From the NCBI GenBank assembly GCA_051874735.1, contig JBJEGD010000003.1, positions 11,165 through 75,164 of the forward strand: a stretch of DNA of 64,000 nucleotides. Direction: 5' to 3'. Below are positions 31,210-40,995 of this stretch, in pieces (position 1 is the first letter of the stretch; the number at the start of each line of letters is the position of its first letter). This DNA comes from Candidatus Bruticola sp. (lineage in GTDB: Bacteria; Vulcanimicrobiota; Xenobia; Xenobiales; Xenobiaceae). Under the pieces are notes generated by a model that searched no databases, had not been told where the DNA came from, and saw only the letters and a list, made by a program, of their open reading frames with translations. The position numbers and the translations under genes are program-made.

Positions 31210-32586
31210 CTATTTGCACGCTTCTTGATAAAGCTTAGCATAAGACTTAGCCGATCGGTCCCAACTAAAATCAATATTCATAGCTCTAATCTGAGTGCGA
31301 TACCAAAGTTCAGGTTTGTAGAGATAATGTTCTAAAGCACGGCCAAAAGCCGTCAGCATATCATCGACAGTATAATTACGGAACAGGTAACCAGTTCCGT
31401 CTCCGTAAGAGTTGTCTTTTATTGTATCAGCTAATCCGCCAGTCTCTCTAGCAATAGGCAAGGTACCGTACCGCATAGCAATCATTTGACTTAAACCGCA
31501 AGGTTCAAATAAACTGGGCATTAAGAACATATCGCAACCGGCGTATATGCGTCTGGCTCTGGCGGGATCGAAGCCTATATAACAAGCGACGCGTTCGGGA
31601 TGCCTTTGAGCAGCCTGAACGACTCCTTGGGAAAGATCGGGATCACCACTCCCTAAAATAATAACTCGCAAATCGGAGTAATAAACGATATCATCGATGG
31701 CTCGTAAAACTAAATCGACGCCCTTTTGGAAATCTAGGCGAGAGACTAAACCGACTAAAGGCTCTTTAAGGCCGCACAGCCCGTACTCGCGCAGCAATTC
31801 CGCCTTGCAGCGTTCTTTGCCATAAAATTCACCAGCGGTGTAATTAGCGTACAATTTAGGATCGGTGACTGGATTATAACTCTCAAGATCTATACCGTTG
31901 ACAATGCCAACTAAATCGCTGCCTTTCAAACGCAACAGCCCATCTAACCCAAAGCCGTACTCTTCGGTGCAGATTTCTTTGGCATAATTCGGACTGACAG
32001 TCGTTACTTTGTCAGCACACCAAATAGCTTGCTCCATTAGGTTCATAGGACTGTGGCCATCATAAACTCCCAGCAGTGGCCATCCATCAGGTCTTTGATT
32101 GCCCTGATGAGCCATATTATGGATAGTAAAGACTAAAGCGGGATGCTGAGGAGCAGCCCAGGCGATACGCAGAGCGGCTGCAGTATGCCAATCGTTGGCG
32201 TGGATGACGTCCGGGTACCAACCTTCTAAACGACAAGCCTCCAAGGCTGCCCGGCAGAACAGCACGAACTGCTCAACTTCATCGCCACATCCATAAACTT
32301 GAAAGCGCGATCCGAAGAAGTAGTGATTTTCAATAAAACGATCGCCATTTTGGGGATTACACCAAAGTTGGCACTCTTCGCGGCGCCAGTCCATCTTGAC
32401 TTCAAAGTTATCTAAATTTTTGCGGAGGCCCAGCTTTTCGGGATCTAGCAGGCCGTAGCGCGGCATCATTAAGCGGACGTCGTGTCCCAAACGACGCAAA
32501 GCCCCCGGCAAGGCTCCCGCCACATCGCCTAATCCGCCAACTTTTACGTAAGGAACAGCCTCGGCGGCCAAAAACAGAACTCTCAC
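31210..32586 (-). CDS. glgA: Glycogen synthase
   Basis: KVGGLGDV, HANDWH, FTIHN, PSLFEPCGLSQ. Confidence 0.96.
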   Translation of the reverse strand: MRVLFLAAEAVPYVKVGGLGDVAGALPGALRRLGHDVRLMMPRYGLLDPEKLGLRKNLDNFEVKMDWRREECQLWCNPQNGDRFIENHYFFGSRFQVYGCGDEVEQFVLFCRAALEACRLEGWYPDVIHANDWHTAAALRIAWAAPQHPALVFTIHNMAHQGNQRPDGWPLLGVYDGHSPMNLMEQAIWCADKVTTVSPNYAKEICTEEYGFGLDGLLRLKGSDLVGIVNGIDLESYNPVTDPKLYANYTAGEFYGKERCKAELLREYGLCGLKEPLVGLVSRLDFQKGVDLVLRAIDDIVYYSDLRVIILGSGDPDLSQGVVQAAQRHPERVACYIGFDPARARRIYAGCDMFLMPSLFEPCGLSQMIAMRYGTLPIARETGGLADTIKDNSYGDGTGYLFRNYTVDDMLTAFGRALEHYLYKPELWYRTQIRAMNIDFSWDRSAKSYAKLYQEACK

Positions 32587-32742
32587 TTTTAACCTCGTAA
32601 TAGTCTGAAAGACACTCTGGAAATTTATTAGATGGCAGTTGTTTTTTGCACTGCCACTCTTTGTCCTGCCGCTCTAATGTTTTACCCTATTCGACAGTAA
32701 TCCACAATCGGAAACAAGCCAGCCAGCTGGATCAGGAGGAGC

Positions 32743-34920
32743 CTATCTCATTAAACTTTCTGCTGCAGCGCACAGCAAAGCGGACTGTTCCGCATCAGCT
32801 GGGACAAAATGTTTAAATTGACACAACCTATCTAGCAAATGGATATGCTCAGCCACTTTCAAAACTTCAAGTTCAAGCATCTCTCCATCTAAATATGAAC
32901 TCCAAGGTCCCAAATCGAGCTTTGAGATCAGCGTTTTTATGTTTTGTCGAATCGCTATTTTTAAAGACGCCGCGCTTAAAGCCAACTGTTCTAATCCGTC
33001 TATATCTCTGCAGACTAATACGTAAGGATTTGCCTTAAACAAAATATCTCCTAAAGTTAGTGAGATTGCCTGCAAAAAGATCGCCCCGCTGGTGCCCATA
33101 AAATGAGAACAAATAATACAGTTATCTCCATTAGAAGTATAACACGAAGAATCAGAGGGAAAATGTAAAAAGGCTGCAAAATGGCGGGCCCACTGGGCAG
33201 ATACTGCAGGCATACTTCGGCCACTGAAGCGACAGCGGCGTAACCTTTCCGTATTGACCGCCATATCTTTACACACAGACGCAGTACTGTCGGTTACACT
33301 CAAAACTCTGTAGCTAGAACCACTAAAGTTAAAAAAGTCTCCAGGGCTGAGTCGACAATTAGCAGATAGTACACCTATAACCACATTACTGTCTCTATCA
33401 ATGACTTTTAGACCATCATCAGCCGAGCCTACCATAGAAATATTGTGGTGTATTTCCCCTCTTTCAAAAAGTTTTTTAAGTTTATCTGAACGATAATAGC
33501 CTCCCTGAGTTCTGTATTTCAACAATCCTCCCTCAGCGACGCTACGTAAAATTCTGTTGCAAACTTCCTCAGTATAAATGGAACGTAAATACGAGGGCAG
33601 ACGATGGTGCAAAGCGGCGGCGTTAATCACATCGTTGGAGCTCTGGCAGACTAAAGATATAGCCTGCTGTACCAAAACTGAACTCAAAAAAGGCGGGTGA
33701 TCGCTGCACATATTAGCTTTTTCGGCCGCTTTGACTAGATGGAAATAGCAAAGCTTCTCTAATTCATTCTTATACAAACAAAGAATATGCGGTACTTGAC
33801 CACGACGACCGCTGCGTCCCGCTCTCTGTAAAAAGGCATTGACATTAGACGGAGGCACAGTTAAAGCCACTGCATCGACGTCGCCTATATCAATACCAAC
33901 TTCTAATGTTGAAGTAGCAAAACATATGGCCGACGGCAAAGCGGCAAAATTTTTCTCTGTTTTTTCTCTCTGCTCCGTCCCCAAACTTCCATGATGAGAA
34001 AAAACAGCCTCACCGAAAGGATTTATGGTTAAATATTTCTTCACAGACACTAACTGTTCAGCTTCGGCACGAGATCGCACAAATACCAGCATTTTGCGAC
34101 AATTATGCTCGCTGCAGTATTTAATGCAGCTGCGAAATATAGCTAAACTGTCTAGATGTTCTTTCGTAATGCAGGCTGAAGCCTCGCCATCATCAACAGG
34201 ACTGAAGTTAACTTCCAGCTCTACTCCCTGTTTGTTTTCAATGATCAATCCTTGACCAGCTAAATATTTACGGTTAATTATCTCTGAATTTCCGGGAGTA
34301 GCCGTTACTGCCAAACGCTGCAAACTCTTTCCTATATAACCTAGAGTGCCCTCAATTTGCTTGGCCTTGGCACAATGGACTAAAGCATCGAGACGTTCTG
34401 CCAAAACAGCCAGCTGATCTCCACGAGCTGTCCCTTCAGCGACATGCAATTCCTCAAAAACTACCGTTTTTACTTGGATTAACTCGACAGCCCAACGACA
34501 AAGCAGCGAATCTAAAGACTCCAAAGTAGTAACTAAAACCCCAGCTTTTTTATCTCGCATAGGAGTGGGGTGATCACCCGTGCGCAGCAACACTTTTATA
34601 GAGCAGCGATCGAGAGGAGCAGAAATACGCTTAACTAGATCGTTAGCCAAAGCACGAGTAGGACAAATTATGAGAACGCATAATTTACCCGCTCGCATAG
34701 GCTCGAACCAACGCTCAGTTAGAGGAGCTAAATAAGCTTCAGTTTTACCTGAAGCCGTGCAGGAAGAAATAACAGCACTTTTGCCCAGCAAAATAGGCTC
34801 AATTACCTCAAACTGAATGGGGCGAGGCTTATAAAAACGACCGTAAAAGACACCTTTAACACGTCTTAAACACTCCATCCGACGGCGCAGCTTACTTCTG
34901 TCCCAAGTATCAAGAACCAT
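32743..34920 (-). CDS. Lhr/BrxHI-like SF2 helicase
   Basis: TASGKTEA, PTRALAND, RTGD, EELH (DExH variant), HHGSL, TSTLEVGIDIGDVD, QRAGRSGRR. Confidence 0.9.
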   Translation of the reverse strand: MVLDTWDRSKLRRRMECLRRVKGVFYGRFYKPRPIQFEVIEPILLGKSAVISSCTASGKTEAYLAPLTERWFEPMRAGKLCVLIICPTRALANDLVKRISAPLDRCSIKVLLRTGDHPTPMRDKKAGVLVTTLESLDSLLCRWAVELIQVKTVVFEELHVAEGTARGDQLAVLAERLDALVHCAKAKQIEGTLGYIGKSLQRLAVTATPGNSEIINRKYLAGQGLIIENKQGVELEVNFSPVDDGEASACITKEHLDSLAIFRSCIKYCSEHNCRKMLVFVRSRAEAEQLVSVKKYLTINPFGEAVFSHHGSLGTEQREKTEKNFAALPSAICFATSTLEVGIDIGDVDAVALTVPPSNVNAFLQRAGRSGRRGQVPHILCLYKNELEKLCYFHLVKAAEKANMCSDHPPFLSSVLVQQAISLVCQSSNDVINAAALHHRLPSYLRSIYTEEVCNRILRSVAEGGLLKYRTQGGYYRSDKLKKLFERGEIHHNISMVGSADDGLKVIDRDSNVVIGVLSANCRLSPGDFFNFSGSSYRVLSVTDSTASVCKDMAVNTERLRRCRFSGRSMPAVSAQWARHFAAFLHFPSDSSCYTSNGDNCIICSHFMGTSGAIFLQAISLTLGDILFKANPYVLVCRDIDGLEQLALSAASLKIAIRQNIKTLISKLDLGPWSSYLDGEMLELEVLKVAEHIHLLDRLCQFKHFVPADAEQSALLCAAAESLMR

Positions 34921-34950
34921 GATACAATTATTCCTAAATCATTAATTCCG

Positions 34951-36186
34951 CTAAAGCATATCACTGAGCGCAGCCTCATCAAGATCAGTCTGACCATTGA
35001 TGTACCAATTATGCAAAACTGCGATCCAAAACTTCACAAATAGACGATAACCGCCAGTAAAGATATGATCCATCATAAAATTAACAAAAACTTGCAGCGA
35101 AGCCTGTCCTCGTTCGCAATCAAACGAATGCCAATCCCAGGCAATAACAGCAGCGTCTGCCAGTTTTTGGCCTAATTCAGTAAAAAAACGTCCGTCGTTG
35201 TCGGTAGAACGTTCTAAATCGATCACTACCGATTGCGGACTAAACTTAGACATATGTAAAGGACGCTCCAGACGCTGCTGCAGAGCAGGATAAGACGCAA
35301 CATTAATAGTCATAAATTCTGGAGGCACAGCGTAAAAAAACATAACTTTGGGCAGACGTGAACTGGCGCAAAGGTCGATAAGCTGGCGCAAATTATCTCC
35401 AATGGCCTGCAAATGGCGACGAGAGGAGCTGGAAATATGCATATCAACTTCATCGAAAAGAAAAATAACTCCAGGGAACCCTAAAGAATTTAAAATACTA
35501 ACCATAGAACGCAATACGGGGAAAGCATTATCCGAAGCTATATCATCGAATACTCCAAATTTACGCAGAACTTCGCGATCGCAGCCTGCATCCCCCAACA
35601 GCCAACGCTCTAAAACAAAACTTTCATCTTCGTCATTTGACTGACAAGCTGAAAGAAACCGTCTACATACGCGACGAAAAGTATAATTTTCTACCGGAAC
35701 GTCGTCTAAATTTACATCAGCCCAAAACGGCGCCTGATCTTCGGCTACTAAACGCAAAATATTAGTAAATCCAACCACGTCGGAGGCCGGTTCCAGCGTT
35801 TTATCACTGTGAGGGCTGCTGTGCATAACAATATTAGCAGCAGCAGCTTTATAAACGCGCAGCGCATCCTCATAGGGGCACTCAGTTGGGGACAAATTTA
35901 CTGAACAAGTTAAAAAGCCGAGCCGCTGAGCGATAGAACGCACACAACTTAAAAAGTGAGTTTTGCCGGCTCCGTAGCTACCCTGCACCAAACGGAAGGC
36001 AGAACCTCCAGCCTGTCCCAGCAGACGACGTAAGTACTCGTTTTCAATAATATCTAAATGAGAATTCAGACCAACTGTTACAAACTCTAAACCATGTTCA
36101 GGCGGCTGACCGTTTTCTCCCATACAGTCAATAATTTCCTGGGCTAAACTTTTAGAAAGAGTTTTCCGACTGCTGGGAAAAAACAT
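34951..36186 (-). CDS. BrxD/DUF2791-like P-loop ATPase (copy 3)
   Basis: GQPP..G...TVG, GSYGAGKTHFL, IFLFDEVD, YPALQQRL. Confidence 0.85.
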   Translation of the reverse strand: MFFPSSRKTLSKSLAQEIIDCMGENGQPPEHGLEFVTVGLNSHLDIIENEYLRRLLGQAGGSAFRLVQGSYGAGKTHFLSCVRSIAQRLGFLTCSVNLSPTECPYEDALRVYKAAAANIVMHSSPHSDKTLEPASDVVGFTNILRLVAEDQAPFWADVNLDDVPVENYTFRRVCRRFLSACQSNDEDESFVLERWLLGDAGCDREVLRKFGVFDDIASDNAFPVLRSMVSILNSLGFPGVIFLFDEVDMHISSSSRRHLQAIGDNLRQLIDLCASSRLPKVMFFYAVPPEFMTINVASYPALQQRLERPLHMSKFSPQSVVIDLERSTDNDGRFFTELGQKLADAAVIAWDWHSFDCERGQASLQVFVNFMMDHIFTGGYRLFVKFWIAVLHNWYINGQTDLDEAALSDML

Positions 36187-36224
36187 ACTGCATACTCCTT
36201 CTCATAAAAAAATAAAAGAATATT

Positions 36225-37931
36225 TTAGAAGTTGTAATCTTCGTCATCGACATCCTCTTCTGAAGAGAAGTTGTCTTCTGCAACTAAGTACTCTTCAGAA
36301 CTTGTTCCTGCCACAGAACTACTCGCGATACCACTCCGTTCCCCACCAGCCTCAATATGTTCCATCATTTCATGAACATAGGCACCAATATTTTCTCTGC
36401 ACAATCGGGAATAATCTAACAATTCTAAAATACAGCGCAGTAGCTGGCGAGAGCCACTAATAGCCGAACGCTCCATCGCTTTATAAACAACCTGCCCCAT
36501 ATATCCGGCCGCTTTGTCATCACACAAGAAACTCGGATAAGCCCGCCTGTACATATCAATAATAATAGAACAAAGCTGCTGGTAATCGTTGTTGCTAAGA
36601 GAACTAAGCTCAATAAAGGCGTCTTCACTAAGTTGCTCTTTTAGGGCATTAAGACCACCGCCATTATCCATAGTCATGGCAAACACGCAGTAGACGCCGC
36701 TTTTATAAATATCTCGCCCAGGATTATAAGTTACCGGCACGCTTCTGTGGTTAGGGTGACCGCCGCGCTGAAACTTCTGCACACTGCGTACCTTGTGCGT
36801 TCCTAAAGCTAAAGCAGAATAGTATCCGAATAACTGATCCGCATAAGTGCGATCACGACTCGAGAGAATGTTGTACATTTCAGCTTCATCGAGGAGAAGA
36901 ACTAAACCAGTATAGCCAACCTGTCTAGCTAAATAAGCAATTCCGCTGAGGATATTAGCATAAATATGGCCAAAAGTTCGATAATCTTTTAAAGCTGGAA
37001 ACTTGTATACCGAAGGCGTATTCGGAAAGGCCCGCTGTAAAGAAGCGTTAAACTTATCTGTCAGTTCTTTTGATTCCTGACCTTCAAGCCAATCGATCAT
37101 GTGACGAATTACCGCTTCTTGGTTATCCAATTCGGACTGTTTTTCTTCAGTGCTTCCACAAGACTCTAAGTTATCTGCATAACGATTAAAGTAATAAAGA
37201 GCCGGACTCAAATAACGATGAAACTTTTCTGAACTCAACCAACCTTCAATAAGACCTAAACGGCGGGCTTCACGAAAAAGAGGCAGCAAACCGTACTTGC
37301 CGTCATGATCTGGGTAGGTCAAATTAAACATAAGCGCTCGGTAAACGCGCTGCGGATTGCCAGGACTGGCGTCCTTACTATTCAAAGCTATGCGGGCTGT
37401 TAAACACTTTTTACTTAAAGCTTTAGCTTCAATGCACTCAAGCATATGAGTTTTGCCTGCGCCGTAATCTCCCAAAAAAACACGCACTGCGCCGTCGCTG
37501 ATATTATCGAGGTCATAACAGACCATATCCATTTCTAAGCTACGTCCGATAGTGTAAAGTTCAACACGCTCACCCACTACACCGGTCCGCATGGCTTCTA
37601 AAATACGCAAAGCCACAAATTGGCCTTCTTCACCCTCGGGAAGAGCGGCAGCTCCTGTCAGCTCAGGACTATCTGAGAATTGGCAACTGTAACGGGAAAA
37701 ACGCCGACGAGGAGAGGCCACGGGCAAAACTACACCGTGAGGAGATAAATACTTGAGTTCTTTAAAGGAGCAGCACTGGTTGGTATTGCTGATAAAAAAA
37801 TTAATAAAGTAACTGCCGCCTTCTAAAATACGAAGTACTCTGCCGGTGCCGTAACGTTCGTGGGAAACATTATCACCAACAGCCAGAACTCTGGCAGTCT
37901 TTTTTTCAGGAGCGCTCTTAGAAGTCTGCAA
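36225..37931 (-). CDS. BrxD/DUF2791-like P-loop ATPase with N-terminal Tudor/SH3-like domain (copy 2)
   Basis: LEAMRTGVV...IGR, GDYGAGKTHML, VLLLDEAE; N-terminal VGDNVSHERYGTGRV. Confidence 0.85.
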   Translation of the reverse strand: MQTSKSAPEKKTARVLAVGDNVSHERYGTGRVLRILEGGSYFINFFISNTNQCCSFKELKYLSPHGVVLPVASPRRRFSRYSCQFSDSPELTGAAALPEGEEGQFVALRILEAMRTGVVGERVELYTIGRSLEMDMVCYDLDNISDGAVRVFLGDYGAGKTHMLECIEAKALSKKCLTARIALNSKDASPGNPQRVYRALMFNLTYPDHDGKYGLLPLFREARRLGLIEGWLSSEKFHRYLSPALYYFNRYADNLESCGSTEEKQSELDNQEAVIRHMIDWLEGQESKELTDKFNASLQRAFPNTPSVYKFPALKDYRTFGHIYANILSGIAYLARQVGYTGLVLLLDEAEMYNILSSRDRTYADQLFGYYSALALGTHKVRSVQKFQRGGHPNHRSVPVTYNPGRDIYKSGVYCVFAMTMDNGGGLNALKEQLSEDAFIELSSLSNNDYQQLCSIIIDMYRRAYPSFLCDDKAAGYMGQVVYKAMERSAISGSRQLLRCILELLDYSRLCRENIGAYVHEMMEHIEAGGERSGIASSSVAGTSSEEYLVAEDNFSSEEDVDDEDYNF

Positions 37932-39195
37932 AATCTTCGCTCTCCATTACTTCGCTATTGTCTTGCTGCCTGCCTACAGACTCAACATCAGTTGTACCTT
38001 CACCGCAACTGTACTCTGATTGCAAGACAGCAATCCACTGTTTTACAAAATTACGGCGCTGACCAGCGTCAAAGTTCATAGCCAAATAGTTGCTAACTAA
38101 CAGCTCTAAATTGCTCTTCTGCGTATCAATACTGTACTGCCAATTCCAAGCAACAGAAGCTGTATGCAAGATTTTTTCTCCCAAGGCTGTAAAAAATTCT
38201 TCAGGCGTTAAACCTGAATCAGTTACATCGATAGTCGGAACCTGAGGACTAGAAGCAGAGAAAGGCATAGGACTATTTAGACGCTGCTGAAGAGCGGGAT
38301 ATTCAGAAACTACATCGCTGATAAACTCCGGAGGTACAGCAAAAGCCCAAAAGAACCCAGGCAAACGCCTGCTGCCGCACATATCGACAATTTGACGCAT
38401 GTTATCAACGACATCTTTTTTCTCACGCTTGGTTCCCGAAGCGATACGATCGACCTCATCGAACAAGGCCGCTATACCAGAGTAGCCGATCAACACCGCA
38501 GCTTGAACTAAACTGGACAGCATGGAAGAAGCATTTTGACGACATATGTACTCAGGTATCGTAATACTACCTAATTTCAGCTTTTTAACTGGGTGGCCTA
38601 AAATCCACATTTCGCAAGCTTCCGCTGTATTTTCATCGTCTTCCCACAAACTTTTGACAAAATAGAGAAAAACTAACCGATAATTATTATTTTCAAAACG
38701 GCTCAGCTTGACCTTATTGAACCACAAACGACGCTCATCCGGATCGGTTACGTTCATGGCCCAATTACGGATAACAGCATTGAAGCCCATAATTTGGCAA
38801 AAGTCTTCACTATGACTAGGAGCGGCGGCAACCCGATCAGCCAGTACTCGATAGACGGCCGCTCCATCTCCGAAGCTACATTCTTTCAGTGATAATTCAA
38901 CTACTGAAGCTAAAAAACCGCGTCTCCAAGCTAAATTGCGCAAACAGGTCAAAAAATGAGTTTTGCCACTACCAAAAGAACCGCGTATAAGTTTGAAAGC
39001 TGAGCCGCGCCGTCCCTGCTGCATAACCTTCAAGTAGTGCTCGTCAAGTACTTGCAGAGGTTTATCTAGCCCAACAGTCACAAATTCTATACCGCGTTCC
39101 GGAGGGAGCCCTAAAGCCCCCATACGATCTATAATTTCAGATGCTAAAAACTCTGAAGGGCAAGCTCCAGCTTCAGACTTACACACACTAGACAA
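37918..39195 (-). CDS. BrxD/DUF2791-like P-loop ATPase (copy 1)
   Basis: GLPP..G...TVG, GSFGSGKTHFL, ALFDEVD, YPALQQRL. Confidence 0.85.
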   Translation of the reverse strand: MSSVCKSEAGACPSEFLASEIIDRMGALGLPPERGIEFVTVGLDKPLQVLDEHYLKVMQQGRRGSAFKLIRGSFGSGKTHFLTCLRNLAWRRGFLASVVELSLKECSFGDGAAVYRVLADRVAAAPSHSEDFCQIMGFNAVIRNWAMNVTDPDERRLWFNKVKLSRFENNNYRLVFLYFVKSLWEDDENTAEACEMWILGHPVKKLKLGSITIPEYICRQNASSMLSSLVQAAVLIGYSGIAALFDEVDRIASGTKREKKDVVDNMRQIVDMCGSRRLPGFFWAFAVPPEFISDVVSEYPALQQRLNSPMPFSASSPQVPTIDVTDSGLTPEEFFTALGEKILHTASVAWNWQYSIDTQKSNLELLVSNYLAMNFDAGQRRNFVKQWIAVLQSEYSCGEGTTDVESVGRQQDNSEVMESEDFADF

Positions 39196-39200
39196 AGCGA

Positions 39201-40193
39201 TTACTCCTTATTTTGGAACCACAGCGAAAGATAATATTGTCCGTTGCCAACTCCATCATCGAGCCAAAATACCTTTTCTTTGTTCTTAGTTGTCCCAATG
39301 GTGGCTGTACTTAAATTCAAGCGCAATTTTCCGCACTGTAGTCCTGCGCAGCGGCGCAAACGCACTATATCCCAGCAAAATTGCAATCGAGAATACTCTT
39401 TAAAAAGACTGGGAGCGCCATTTTCTCTAAACTTGCGGCTCTGCCTAAGCACAGACAGCACAGCCCAAATATCATGCAACGGTACTCTATCGCCCAAAGA
39501 TTTGCGCCGACAGCGCAACATAGTATTGTAAGCAGTCCAAACATCGGCAAAAAACTCTCTGCAGAACAGCTCGTTACCTTCTAAACTATCCGGCTTCACC
39601 CCATCAGCTAAATCGTCTTTATATCCGTTTCTATTGAGAAGCTCAATAAGCTCGTTGAGTGACTCAAAAAGATAATTAGCCTCTAACGGCCAGTCGTTAG
39701 CAGCCAACATACGAGCGTAAGCCACACAACAAGTTCCCTCTGCAAAATTAGGACGCAAATAAAACGAGCCGACTTTTAACTCTAAAGGTTCTGAACCAGT
39801 GCAGCGTACTTTCCATCCGAACTCAGCCGCAGCGTTCTTAAAATCTCTTCTAAAGCTATTTTCTGTTTCTTTTAAAGCCCAAGCACGCAAAGAAGCAACG
39901 CGCTCATTCAAGGAGGCAGAAACAAAAAACGGCCGTTCCTTATCTATTTCAGTGAGCGAATTATGCAATCGAACTAATGAAGAAAGACTCGAATCTTTTA
40001 AACAGCAGCTTAAAACCTCAACAAGATGCTTAAATTTATCGGCGCAAGCGCTCAACTCAGTCTGTATATCCGCAGTTATTTTTCCAGCTTCTTCCCACGA
40101 CGAGGGCTCACCAAAATAATCATCACATGTTGAACCGTTTAGTACGTTCTTATTTGCCCATGAATCAGCGGCCATCCATGCCCCCATTGACAT
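39201..40193 (-). CDS. Unknown protein, paralog of 40165-40989
   Basis: 330-aa ORF coupled to neighbours; YSRLQFCWD motif. Confidence 0.75.
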   Translation of the reverse strand: MSMGAWMAADSWANKNVLNGSTCDDYFGEPSSWEEAGKITADIQTELSACADKFKHLVEVLSCCLKDSSLSSLVRLHNSLTEIDKERPFFVSASLNERVASLRAWALKETENSFRRDFKNAAAEFGWKVRCTGSEPLELKVGSFYLRPNFAEGTCCVAYARMLAANDWPLEANYLFESLNELIELLNRNGYKDDLADGVKPDSLEGNELFCREFFADVWTAYNTMLRCRRKSLGDRVPLHDIWAVLSVLRQSRKFRENGAPSLFKEYSRLQFCWDIVRLRRCAGLQCGKLRLNLSTATIGTTKNKEKVFWLDDGVGNGQYYLSLWFQNKE

Positions 40194-40989
40194 AAATCTT
40201 TATCTGACTGTCTATATTTAGCTCGGAAGCGCTTTCCTCTATATAAATTTTACTGTCCAAATTTTGACAGCAGACCTCCTCCAAAGCTTTTATAGTATCG
40301 TACATAAACTGCGCTTTAGTGTAGCAAGCCAAGTTGTTCTTACTAGGACGACGTCCAAAATCACTGGCAGCTAAACCTATACAGTGCACTATAGGCCAAA
40401 GTTCTCGCAAAGTACAACTTTCTTCAGACTTAGATAAAACGGCCCAGGCATTATAGAGACGATTTAAGGCTAGTTTAGCAGCAGTGCGTTTACTATTTAA
40501 TTCGGTTTCAAGATTAATCAAATTGGAAGCTACAGTCCCAGCTTCAGGCGGCCATCCCTCTGCGGCTAACACCCCGCCTAACAAGACAGATACACCATTC
40601 TGACTTTCATTAAAAGACAGGCGAAACAGCCCTATAGGCAATAAAGGCAGAGGCTGACCGGGTATAACGGACAGGGCGCCGCTAATGCGAGCCTCATCGA
40701 GCTTGCAGCAATCAAATCCGAGAGCAGAAGCTTCAGAGCTAAGTTCAGCGGCAAAATTAGATATTTCTGCCGATAATTTCGCACTAACTTGTTGCTTCAA
40801 AACCTCAAGATTGACAGACTGCACCGAACTATCGAAATTAAGTTCAAGCCGACACAAGCCTCTGCCCGGCCGAGCCTCTAAAGACTTCAAGGCAGACAGC
40901 TGCTTACGGATAAGCTTAAGATAAGACTCAGCTTTACTTGCAGCTTCTGCCAACTTTATTTGCAAGGCGTCTCTATTAGTTGCCACCAT
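40165..40989 (-). CDS. Unknown protein, paralog of 39201-40193
   Basis: 274-aa ORF starting just after the glmM stop; YTKAQFMYD motif. Confidence 0.72.
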   Translation of the reverse strand: MVATNRDALQIKLAEAASKAESYLKLIRKQLSALKSLEARPGRGLCRLELNFDSSVQSVNLEVLKQQVSAKLSAEISNFAAELSSEASALGFDCCKLDEARISGALSVIPGQPLPLLPIGLFRLSFNESQNGVSVLLGGVLAAEGWPPEAGTVASNLINLETELNSKRTAAKLALNRLYNAWAVLSKSEESCTLRELWPIVHCIGLAASDFGRRPSKNNLACYTKAQFMYDTIKALEEVCCQNLDSKIYIEESASELNIDSQIKIYVNGGMDGR

Positions 40990-40995
40990 AATTGC

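Noticed and set aside
32743-40989. Labelling the module a canonical BREX system
   Set aside because: No recognisable pglZ, brxC/pglY, pglX or pglW, and both flanks are housekeeping genes.
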